Shown here: positions 56,914 to 64,000 of the stretch, piece by piece
Numbering within the stretch: position 1 is the stretch's first letter
Layout of the letters: every line of letters starts with the position of its first letter
DNA from: an uncultured Thermoactinomycetaceae bacterium
Lineage (GTDB): Bacteria > Bacillota > Bacilli > Thermoactinomycetales > CALJVA01
Length of the DNA: 64,000 nt
NCBI GenBank assembly: GCA_937975135.1
Contig: CALJVA010000048.1
Span: 12,208 to 76,207, forward strand
Direction of reading: 5' to 3'
Notes under the pieces: model-generated
Databases searched by the model: none
Told to the model about the DNA's origin: nothing
Seen by the model: only the letters and a program-made list of their open reading frames with translations
Program-made: the position numbers and the translations under genes

Positions 56914-57085
56914 GGATTTTATAGCGGCAAGGGGAGAAGAAGTATAGATCCAAGACTTACTCTCGATGATGCAAAAATGTATCGGGTTATATTTAACCAA
57001 TAAAGCATCATGCGCACAATTTTTTACTTAAGGAATTTTAAAGACTTAGAATCGAACTATCTAAAAATGATAAATAATCGTTTCG

Positions 57086-57120
57086 ACCGGTGGAAAAGAA
57101 AAAGTTGCCACCGGTTTTAT
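57086..57120 (+). terminator. Terminator in the AT-rich spacer upstream of the recombinase gene
   Basis: ACCGGTGG-14 nt-CCACCGGT followed by TTTATTAT. Confidence 0.7.
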
Positions 57121-57137
57121 TATGTAATATAATCAAC

Positions 57138-57161
57138 GTAACAAAATAGTTATTTTGTTAC
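57138..57161. promoter_or_regulatory. Perfect 11-bp inverted repeat (candidate operator or recombinase site)
   Basis: GTAACAAAATA-gt-TATTTTGTTAC, about 130 bp upstream of the recombinase start. Confidence 0.5.
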
Positions 57162-57293
57162 TCAAATTAAGGATTTTTAGAGCTTGAATCTTCTTATATC
57201 TCCCTTTTAAGTAACATAAAACCAGTTATTATTTGCTATTTTACTGCATAAGACTTGGACAAGCATCATTTTTGTCAAAGGTGGGATTGTTCA

Positions 57294-58379
57294 ATGAATA
57301 CCCCGATAGTTTCTCGACGTCTGCCCGAAAATATCAACCGGATCATTGCCCGTTTTCCTGAAGAGGTACAAGAGTTTTTTCTTGAAATGATAAGTGCAGA
57401 CCGTTCACCGCAGACCATTGCTAACTATGCCTATGATTTCGCCTTGTTTTTCGATTTTCTTTCATCGAGAAACTTAACACTTCATGATGTTGATTCCCGT
57501 ACTTTGGTTCGGTTCTTCCGTTACATTGAAAATGGCTATGAACGTAAAGTACAAGTAAAGGTCAAAAAGAAGGATCCCCTTACAGGTGAAGTGCGAGATG
57601 AATGGATTGAACGCACCCATTTCCGAGAAAACACAAACAGTGGTAAGCGTCGCAAGCGCGCCTCCCTCCGCTCTTTGTTTCGCTATTTAGTAAAGATTCG
57701 TTATCTTAAGCGGGATCCTATGGAAGAATATGAAGACACCTCCCTTCGCTCTCGAGTACAACGTAAAGTCCCTGTTTTTCTCACTCGTGATGAGGCATTG
57801 CGCCTGATCCAAGCTGTAGAGACTTATCATAAACGCAAAGGTGTACATAAAAACAGTTGGTTTGAAGCGCGGGACCGAGCCATCCTTCTTCTCCTTTTGG
57901 GAACTGGAATGCGGGTTTCTGAACTGGTAAGCCTTAATCTCAATAGTATCCAGTATGATGATGGGATTGCCCGGGTGATTGTTTTTGGTAAAGGGGGCAA
58001 GGAACGAATGCTGAAGTTAAATCGTTCCGCCTTGACTGCTCTACAGGAGTATCTTCAAGTTCGCCCTACACAGGATGTTCCCCAAGAAGACCGTGAAGCG
58101 CTTTTTCTTAACCGTAACAAAACACGCATAAGTCGCAAAGGAGTATATGAAGCAATCCAAAAATATGTGCAGGAGGCCAATCTCCCACCGAAAGCCGCTC
58201 GAATCTCCCCACATAAACTACGGCATACTTTAGCAACACTCCTCCTTTCCAATGGTGAAAATCTGCGGGTGGTGCAGGAGATTCTAGGACACTCCAGTAT
58301 TCAGACAACGCAAATCTATACCCATGTGATCAATACGGAAAAAGATAAAGCGTTGGATCGATTGGATCAGATGTTTTGA
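57294..58379 (+). CDS. Tyrosine recombinase/integrase (XerC/D-like)
   Basis: SAM-like N-domain. Catalytic signature GTGMRVSEL (Arg), HKLRHT (HxxR), LGHSS and IYTHV (Tyr). Start at MNTPIV after AAAGGTGGGA. Confidence 0.9.
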   Translation: MNTPIVSRRLPENINRIIARFPEEVQEFFLEMISADRSPQTIANYAYDFALFFDFLSSRNLTLHDVDSRTLVRFFRYIENGYERKVQVKVKKKDPLTGEVRDEWIERTHFRENTNSGKRRKRASLRSLFRYLVKIRYLKRDPMEEYEDTSLRSRVQRKVPVFLTRDEALRLIQAVETYHKRKGVHKNSWFEARDRAILLLLLGTGMRVSELVSLNLNSIQYDDGIARVIVFGKGGKERMLKLNRSALTALQEYLQVRPTQDVPQEDREALFLNRNKTRISRKGVYEAIQKYVQEANLPPKAARISPHKLRHTLATLLLSNGENLRVVQEILGHSSIQTTQIYTHVINTEKDKALDRLDQMF

Positions 58380-58550
58380 AACCAAGTCTACTTTTTGATC
58401 ACCATACAAAATCCTTTGGTGGTCCTCTTTCCTGTCAGTATGATTTTGGAGTTTCAAATGGTATACTTACAATTGACTTGGTATGAAAATGTAATGGGAA
58501 TTCACAGGCTTTTCGCCACTATTTCATTACTTGTTTGGAGGATATGACTT

Positions 58551-59741
58551 ATGATTATTCAACCTAAATTTAGAGGCTTTATTTGTACAACAGCGCACCC
58601 CATTGGTTGTAAACAACATGTGCAAGAACAGATTCAATATGTAAAAAATAAAGGGTCTTTTAAGGGGCCAAAGAACGTCTTAGTAATCGGCTCCTCTACC
58701 GGATACGGTTTGGCCTCCCGGATCGCTTCCGCCTTTGGTGCAGGAGCGGCAACCATTGGTGTCTGTTTTGAACGCCCTGCTTCAGGAAAACGAACGGCTA
58801 CTGCTGGATGGTATAATACAGCGGCTTTTGAAGAAGCAGCACATCAAGAAGGTCTTTATGCAAAAACAATTAATGGAGATGCTTTCTCTACGGAGATTAA
58901 AGAGAAAACCATTGATCTCATCCGCAAAGACTTGGGCAAAGTAGATTTAGTTGTATATAGCCTCGCCTCACCGAAGCGAGTTCATCCAATCACAGGCGAA
59001 ACCTTCACTTCCGTGATTAAACCTGTTAACGATTCGTTTACCAGTAAAACCGTTGATTTCCACACTGGGGATGTATCTTACGTTACGATTGATCCCGCCA
59101 CTGATGAAGAAATACGTCATACGATTGCCGTAATGGGCGGTGAGGATTGGCAAATGTGGATGGATGCTTTGCGGGAAGCAGATCTCTTAGCTCCTGGAGC
59201 AACCACGATCGCCTATTCTTATATCGGCCCTGAATTGACCCATCCTGTTTATAAAGACGGCACCATTGGTAAAGCCAAGGAAGATCTAGAAAAGACTGCG
59301 AAAAATCTCCGAGATCAACTACAAATAATTGGTGGACGAGCTTATATCTCCGTTAACAAAGCACTGGTCACCCAATCCAGCTCTGCAATTCCTGTTGTAC
59401 CACTATATATGTCCCTCTTGTTTAAGGTGATGAAGGAAAAAAATCTACATGAGGGTTGTATTGAGCAAATGCAGCGTCTCTTTGCTGAGCGACTATATGC
59501 CAAAGAAACACCAACAGATTCAGAGGGCCGAATTCGAATGGATGATTGGGAGATGAAAGAAGAAGTTCAGGAAACGGTGCTTCGGCTCTGGAAAGAAGTA
59601 AACACAGATAATGTGTATCAACTCTCAGACCTGGTTGGATTCCGGACAGACTTCTTCCGTCTCTTCGGTTTCGAGTTTGAAGGAATCGACTATGAAAAAG
59701 AAACAGATCCCAACGTATCCATCCCAAGTTTAGAGGGATAA
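58551..59741 (+). CDS. fabV: Enoyl-[acyl-carrier-protein] reductase FabV / trans-2-enoyl-CoA reductase
   Basis: N-terminus MIIQPKxRGFICTTAHPxGC, GSSTGYGLASRI and the YSxxGPE...YKDGTIGKAK active-site region, which are characteristic of the FabV/TER family. Confidence 0.9.
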   Translation: MIIQPKFRGFICTTAHPIGCKQHVQEQIQYVKNKGSFKGPKNVLVIGSSTGYGLASRIASAFGAGAATIGVCFERPASGKRTATAGWYNTAAFEEAAHQEGLYAKTINGDAFSTEIKEKTIDLIRKDLGKVDLVVYSLASPKRVHPITGETFTSVIKPVNDSFTSKTVDFHTGDVSYVTIDPATDEEIRHTIAVMGGEDWQMWMDALREADLLAPGATTIAYSYIGPELTHPVYKDGTIGKAKEDLEKTAKNLRDQLQIIGGRAYISVNKALVTQSSSAIPVVPLYMSLLFKVMKEKNLHEGCIEQMQRLFAERLYAKETPTDSEGRIRMDDWEMKEEVQETVLRLWKEVNTDNVYQLSDLVGFRTDFFRLFGFEFEGIDYEKETDPNVSIPSLEG

Positions 59742-59754
59742 GTGCAATTAGTTG

Positions 59755-59790
59755 AAGAGAACCGATCCCTGATCTAGGATCGGTTCTCTT
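59755..59790. terminator. Bidirectional terminator between fabV and the convergent flavoprotein gene
   Basis: 14-bp perfect stem AAGAGAACCGATCC/GGATCGGTTCTCTT, overlapping the minus-strand stop codon. Confidence 0.85.
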
Positions 59791-60832
59791 GTATCACCTG
59801 TTTTATATAATGCGCATCAGTTCCCACACCTCTGATTAACCCAGAATTTCGGGTATATTGCCAGGAGAGTCCTAGGAAATAAAGACCTGGTATAGGGGTT
59901 ACACCCCGCTCATGGATCGGGTTTCCGTGCAGATCAATTACACCCGGGATCTGAAGCCATGTATAATCCGATTGATAACCTGTTGCCCAAATTACATTTT
60001 TAACCCTATAGCCCTTGCCATCTGCTGTGAAAACTTCTTCTCCGTCCAACCGTATAGCCCTGGAAGTAAGGAGTATCTTCTTCTTTTTAATATAGGGGAC
60101 TGCTTCCCTTCCAATAATCGGGTCATTCCGTCTTAACACTTTCCCCAATGGAGAATTAACAGTCACCTTAGAGACTCCCAAGATATCCATCCACCAGAAT
60201 AAGCTCTTTCCTCCAATCCGATGAGGCAGCATATGGATAGGCTTTCCAACAGATAAATAAACAGGACGATTTGTTTCGGCTAGTTCTGTCGCAATTTGCA
60301 CCCCAGAATTTCCCGCCCCAATTACCATCACAGTCCCTTTTTGTAGCTGCTGGGGATTTCGATATTCTGCTGTATGAAGCTGTACCACTTTCTCTGATAG
60401 ACGGCCTAAAAGTTTTGGAATAAAAGGCTGTGAAAACGGACCCGTAGCCACGATTAAAGTGTGGGCAAAATACGTATCCCCCCGGCTCGTTTTAAGAGAA
60501 AAGCCCCCCTCTCTCAAAGTTGCCTGTACGATTTGAGTTGAAAGTTGAATCGGTAACCGGAACTTAGTAGCATAAGCTTCTAAATAATCCGCCACTTCGT
60601 CTTTGTGAGGATATCCGTCTGGATCTCCAGCCATTTTCATTCCCGGTAACTCACTGTATTTGCGTGGTGTAAACAGCGTTAAGGAATCATATCGTTGCCG
60701 CCAAGCATCTCCCACTCGGCGATAAGCATCGACGATGAGAAAAGGTTGGTTCAATTCCCGTAGATAATATCCCATAGCAAGTCCTGCCTGCCCCGCTCCG
60801 ATGACTATAATAAGATCTTTTTGTTTACCCAT
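59774..60832 (-). CDS. NAD(P)/FAD-dependent oxidoreductase (flavin monooxygenase/CzcO-like)
   Basis: Two dinucleotide-binding motifs (VIGAGQAGLA, VIGAGNSGVQIA). Start at MGKQKD. Confidence 0.8.
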   Translation of the reverse strand: MGKQKDLIIVIGAGQAGLAMGYYLRELNQPFLIVDAYRRVGDAWRQRYDSLTLFTPRKYSELPGMKMAGDPDGYPHKDEVADYLEAYATKFRLPIQLSTQIVQATLREGGFSLKTSRGDTYFAHTLIVATGPFSQPFIPKLLGRLSEKVVQLHTAEYRNPQQLQKGTVMVIGAGNSGVQIATELAETNRPVYLSVGKPIHMLPHRIGGKSLFWWMDILGVSKVTVNSPLGKVLRRNDPIIGREAVPYIKKKKILLTSRAIRLDGEEVFTADGKGYRVKNVIWATGYQSDYTWLQIPGVIDLHGNPIHERGVTPIPGLYFLGLSWQYTRNSGLIRGVGTDAHYIKQVIQENRS

Positions 60833-60912
60833 TTTCCAGATATCCTTCCTAATATCTATATATGCACAATTGTACATATATAGATTTATTTTTCAACCTC
60901 AAAAGAAAAAGC

Positions 60913-60948
60913 AAAAAAAGAAGTGTCCAGTAATGGACACCTCTTTTT
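60913..60948. terminator. Hairpin after the 3D-domain gene (minus strand)
   Basis: GTGTCCA-gtaa-TGGACAC flanked by an A-run and a T-run. Confidence 0.7.
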
Positions 60949-60952
60949 ATTC

Positions 60953-61381
60953 TTAATAAGCATCGTAATTTACTTTTTTGAGTCCAAATTGAATTGCATG
61001 TTGGTCTGCTACGGTCCCCTTAAGTCCAAAGTAAATGTCAAACCACTGCCTTGTGAGTCCCTGCCGGCAATAAACATCACCCATATCTTCCACTCGAAAT
61101 GTTTGCCGTTCCCCATATCCAGGAAGATAAAGAGCCGTATCGGTGTGAATAATCGTTCCAAAGGGGAACAAGGTTCCTGAAGTAGGAGAGCCACATGATT
61201 GGGGATGAACCGCAACTGTATAATAACTTGAGGGATAAGTACCGTGGTACGTCCGGGCACCCGATCCTGCAGTATAAGCGGTTACATCTTGATTATTATA
61301 TTGGGCCGCATTTACCACTACTGGAGAAAGAAAAATCAAGACAAAACTGATCAGAAAACAGCAAAAACCCCTTCTGATCAT
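60953..61381 (-). CDS. Secreted 3D-domain/DPBB-fold protein
   Basis: Signal peptide (…VVVNA/AQ), TAYTAG and the FRVEDMGD...FDIYF pattern, as in 3D (MltA-like) domains. Confidence 0.7.
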   Translation of the reverse strand: MIRRGFCCFLISFVLIFLSPVVVNAAQYNNQDVTAYTAGSGARTYHGTYPSSYYTVAVHPQSCGSPTSGTLFPFGTIIHTDTALYLPGYGERQTFRVEDMGDVYCRQGLTRQWFDIYFGLKGTVADQHAIQFGLKKVNYDAY

Positions 61382-61397
61382 GAATGAAATTCTCCTC

Positions 61398-61961
61398 TCA
61401 TTCAGTGATACTCATTCCCAGATAACTGCCATCTTGAGGATCAAAAAAGATCTTTGTATATTGTTCTTTCTCGTTTAGCCCAACAACTGCGGCAAAAAGC
61501 ACATTTTCACTTTTAAATAGAACAAAGTGATACCCCTCTGCCCACGTAACACCTGGTAATAGATGATACTTATCTCTTGCCCTTTTTACCAATTGAGGAG
61601 AATCAACAATAATCTCGTGAACTTGAACTCCTTCTGCTGCTCGATATACGTCTATGGTCTCCTTCAGTTGCACCTGTCCATCCCGGATCGTTAGAATCAG
61701 GGAGCGGTCTTTTTCTGGCACGGCAAAGATTAAATTCCAAAACCTTCTTCGCCCGTTATTCCCCTTTCCTTCCTCTTCATATTCATCGTCTACACTGGAA
61801 GCTGAGATGAGAACCGCTTCTGGATCCCAGGCTGCTGCATGACGCCACCCTAAATTGACTGCTTCTTTTAAGGATAGCTGACTTGAACCATAGGGAGAGC
61901 TCTGTCCCAGGATAATTAGAAGCAAAAAAGATCCACCCCATCCCATCCATTTTTTGATCAC
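61398..61961 (-). CDS. Secreted protein of unknown function (PepSY-like repeats possible)
   Basis: N-terminal signal/anchor helix. GTG start after GGGGGATG. Lies 16 nt upstream of the 3D-domain gene (same operon). Confidence 0.7.
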   Translation of the reverse strand: MIKKWMGWGGSFLLLIILGQSSPYGSSQLSLKEAVNLGWRHAAAWDPEAVLISASSVDDEYEEEGKGNNGRRRFWNLIFAVPEKDRSLILTIRDGQVQLKETIDVYRAAEGVQVHEIIVDSPQLVKRARDKYHLLPGVTWAEGYHFVLFKSENVLFAAVVGLNEKEQYTKIFFDPQDGSYLGMSITE

Positions 61962-62097
61962 AAAGGAGCATCCCCCTAAGCACTTTCACTCCCCCTATAA
62001 ACTATGCAGTCAATTTTACTTTGTGAAAGGAAAAAGGGTATAATAATTGAAGCGGTTTTTCCTTTTTAAAGGAGTTCGCATTGATTTTCCAATGAAA

Positions 62098-62131
62098 AAG
62101 ACTGGCCCTCCACAAAACCAGTCTTTTCTTT
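62098..62131 (+). terminator. Terminator-like hairpin inside the 5' leader of the CDF transporter gene
   Basis: AAGACTGG-12 nt-CCAGTCTT followed by TTCTTTATT, 35 nt before the start codon. A TATAAT box lies at 62035-62040. Confidence 0.55.
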
Positions 62132-62165
62132 ATTATTTATCTGAACCAAAAACGGAGGGGAACCC

Positions 62166-63041
62166 ATGGATTCTGTCCGCTGGGCTGGGCTTTCAATTTT
62201 AAGCAATACCGTTGTAATAGGTATGAAGCTGATCGCAGGCTTTTTTACTGGATCTGTAGCCGTATTATCCGAAGCGATTCATTCCTTGCTGGACCTGTTA
62301 GCTTCCATCATCACTTTTTTCTCTGTACGCATGTCGCGGCAGCCACCAGACCGCAACCATCCCTATGGACATGGCAAATTTGAAAATATTGCAGGTACCA
62401 TTGAATCCTTGCTTATCCTAGTAGCAGGGATTTGGATCATCTATGAATCCGCTAGCAAGTTACTGGAGCCAGAACCCATACGCCTGCCACTTTTAGGGAT
62501 TGGCGTCATGTTACTGGGAGCCTTGATTAATTGGATCGTAGGGCGGATTATAAAACGAATTGGCGAAAAGACCAAGTCTGTTGCCATGCGATCGAATGCC
62601 TTGCATTTACTCACCGATGTTTACTCTTCTCTCGGGGTAGCTGTCGGCCTATTCATTGTCAGCCTCACTGATCTGTATGTCATCGATTCCTTGATCGGTA
62701 TTGGGATTGCCTTATATATCTTGAAAGAAGCCTATGCTTTAGGAAAAGAATCTTTTCTCCCCTTATTAGATGTAAGCTTGGACTCCAAAGAACGGAAAGC
62801 AATTCAAAACATTATTGAATCCTACTCTGACGAGTATGTAGAATATCACGATCTACGAACACGACGTTCGGGAGCAGAAGAGCATATTGATTTACACCTG
62901 GTTGTACCCTCGGAGATGACTGTCAAGCAAGCCCATGACTTATGTGACCGGATAGAAGCAGATATCAAGAGATTAAGTAGTCAGGCCAATGTGTTGATAC
63001 ATATAGAACCGGAGCATGAACAGAAAAAGAAACCTCGTTAA
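62166..63041 (+). CDS. Cation diffusion facilitator (CDF) family metal efflux transporter
   Basis: Six TM helices with the metal site HSLLDLL...HLLTDV, and a C-terminal cytoplasmic domain (HDLRTRRSG...IHIEP). Confidence 0.9.
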   Translation: MDSVRWAGLSILSNTVVIGMKLIAGFFTGSVAVLSEAIHSLLDLLASIITFFSVRMSRQPPDRNHPYGHGKFENIAGTIESLLILVAGIWIIYESASKLLEPEPIRLPLLGIGVMLLGALINWIVGRIIKRIGEKTKSVAMRSNALHLLTDVYSSLGVAVGLFIVSLTDLYVIDSLIGIGIALYILKEAYALGKESFLPLLDVSLDSKERKAIQNIIESYSDEYVEYHDLRTRRSGAEEHIDLHLVVPSEMTVKQAHDLCDRIEADIKRLSSQANVLIHIEPEHEQKKKPR

Positions 63042-63283
63042 AATGGTTGTCTGAAAACTTGGTCTTGGTGATTATAATAAGGTATAATGCTAAGCGATGG
63101 TTCAAAGAAACCTTTTGGATCGTAACCAAAAGATACAATTGTAAGCAATTCAACAAAATGGTATGCTATTTTTATGAATCTTGTCTTCGACAAATTCGTC
63201 TCCATACTCCCTCTAAATCATAATGAAAATGATGGGAATGATAAGAGTAAAGCATATCGTGGCTTAGAAAAGAGGTTTTGTTA

Positions 63284-64000
63284 ATGAATGAAACAACTGC
63301 CTTACAGGATGATGCTGTTAAAGCATTGGAGGAAACTAGCCGGACTTTTTTTATCCCTATACAGCAGCTAGCACCAAACTTGCGCGAGGCGGTCACCTCC
63401 GCTTATTTGTGTATGAGGGCCATTGATGAGATTGAAGATCATATCGATCTACCTGCTCCTTTAAAAATACACCTCCTGCGCTCTATAAGTGAGATTTTAA
63501 AAGGTCCCTTTGATGAATCAAAATTGACAGCACTATTTGAACCTTATAACACTCTCTTACCAGAGGTAACCTTGCGCCTCCCAGATTGGGCCACTTTAGC
63601 TCCTTCAACCATTGCACCTGCAATTTTGCAATCAACAGCAACAATGGCAGAAGGCATGGCCAAATGGGTTGAGAAAAAGTGGGAGATTGAAACGAAAGAG
63701 GATCTCGATGACTATACCTATTATGTAGCAGGACTCGTAGGCACCTTGCTGTCCGAAATATGGATGTGGTATGACGGGACAAAAACAGATCCAGATCTCG
63801 CGATCTCCTTTGGAAGAGGTTTACAAGCTGTTAATATCATTCGTAATCGACAGGAGGATTTAGAACGAGGCGTTGACTTCTTTCCGACCAATTGGGAGTT
63901 TCAAGATATGTTCACCTACGCGAGGGATAATTTGCAACTAGCGGATACATACATAAAGGCAATTGAGGAAAAATCTATCCTTAATTTTTGCAAGATCCCC
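63284..64000 (+). CDS. Squalene/phytoene synthase family protein (3' end beyond window)
   Basis: Not in the track because there is no stop within the window. SRTFFIPIQQL, Asp-rich-type motif YLCMRAIDEIED, YYVAGLVG and NIIRNRQEDLERG. RBS AAAAGAGG 8 nt upstream of the ATG. Confidence 0.85.
   Translation, partial: MNETTALQDDAVKALEETSRTFFIPIQQLAPNLREAVTSAYLCMRAIDEIEDHIDLPAPLKIHLLRSISEILKGPFDESKLTALFEPYNTLLPEVTLRLPDWATLAPSTIAPAILQSTATMAEGMAKWVEKKWEIETKEDLDDYTYYVAGLVGTLLSEIWMWYDGTKTDPDLAISFGRGLQAVNIIRNRQEDLERGVDFFPTNWEFQDMFTYARDNLQLADTYIKAIEEKSILNFCKIP

Noticed and set aside
57118-57135. TTATGTAATAT resembling the XerD arm (TTATGTAAACT) of the Bacillus dif site, close to the recombinase gene.
   Set aside because: It is only a partial match to one arm, with no recognisable XerC arm or central region, in AT-rich sequence where such matches are common.
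62044-62131. NiCo (czcD-motif) riboswitch upstream of the CDF transporter.
   Set aside because: The leader is too short and AT-rich for the four-way-junction aptamer as I remember it. I cannot confirm this without a covariance-model scan, so I report it only as a generic terminator-containing leader.
63172-63782. Minus-strand ORFs 63172-63396 and 63483-63782.
   Set aside because: They are antisense to an unlisted + strand ORF (63284 to the window end) that has clear squalene/phytoene synthase motifs. The track omitted that ORF because it has no stop codon in the window.

Overview
This is a chromosomal segment of a spore-forming Firmicute (Bacillales-like) of moderate GC. No rRNA, tRNA or CRISPR array was seen. 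Most genes lie on the + strand and follow a backbone I recognise from the Bacillus subtilis gene order: recA-recX ... rny-ymdB-spoVS ... tdh-kbl ... miaB-ymcA(ricA)-cotE ... mutS-mutL ... miaA-hfq ... spoVK-hflX-ynbB ... asnS-dnaD. Accessory blocks are inserted into this backbone.

- **Best candidate for an undescribed system (14215-18355).** A MotA/ExbB-topology membrane protein with a ~265-aa coiled-coil tail is followed by a MotB/OmpA-like anchor. An orphan 419-aa Trp/Arg-rich protein and an MBL-fold hydrolase come next, and the last three genes are translationally coupled. The architecture is Zorya-like, but the accessory genes are not the described ones.
- **recA operon (3352-6718).** An Mre11/SbcD-like phosphoesterase is followed by a Rad50/SbcC-like ATPase split into three ORFs just after its CxxC zinc hook. 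No terminator separates these genes from a LexA-boxed recA promoter.
- **Poly-alanine gene (22317-22787).** It encodes 156 aa with ten poly-Ala blocks on a (GCY)n tract, and has a strong RBS, a sigma-K-like promoter motif and a terminator.
- **Gene between cotE and mutS.** It looks like an ATP-grasp-like / COOH-NH2-ligase-like fusion.
- **Repeat (40.7-42.5 kb).** A 25-nt dyad-containing motif occurs three times, next to a decayed ynfA.
- **Disrupted or start-less genes.** The DHA2 MFS and VOC genes are frameshifted at homopolymer runs. A MurF-like paralog has no canonical start codon and converges on an Erm-family methyltransferase.
- **Other accessory content.** There is a DUF4129/DUF4350/MoxR/DUF58 operon with a divergent SpoIIM-like/RDD pair. 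A tyrosine recombinase sits upstream of fabV, a flavoprotein, secreted proteins and a CDF transporter.

All family assignments come from motif recognition by eye and need profile searches to confirm.
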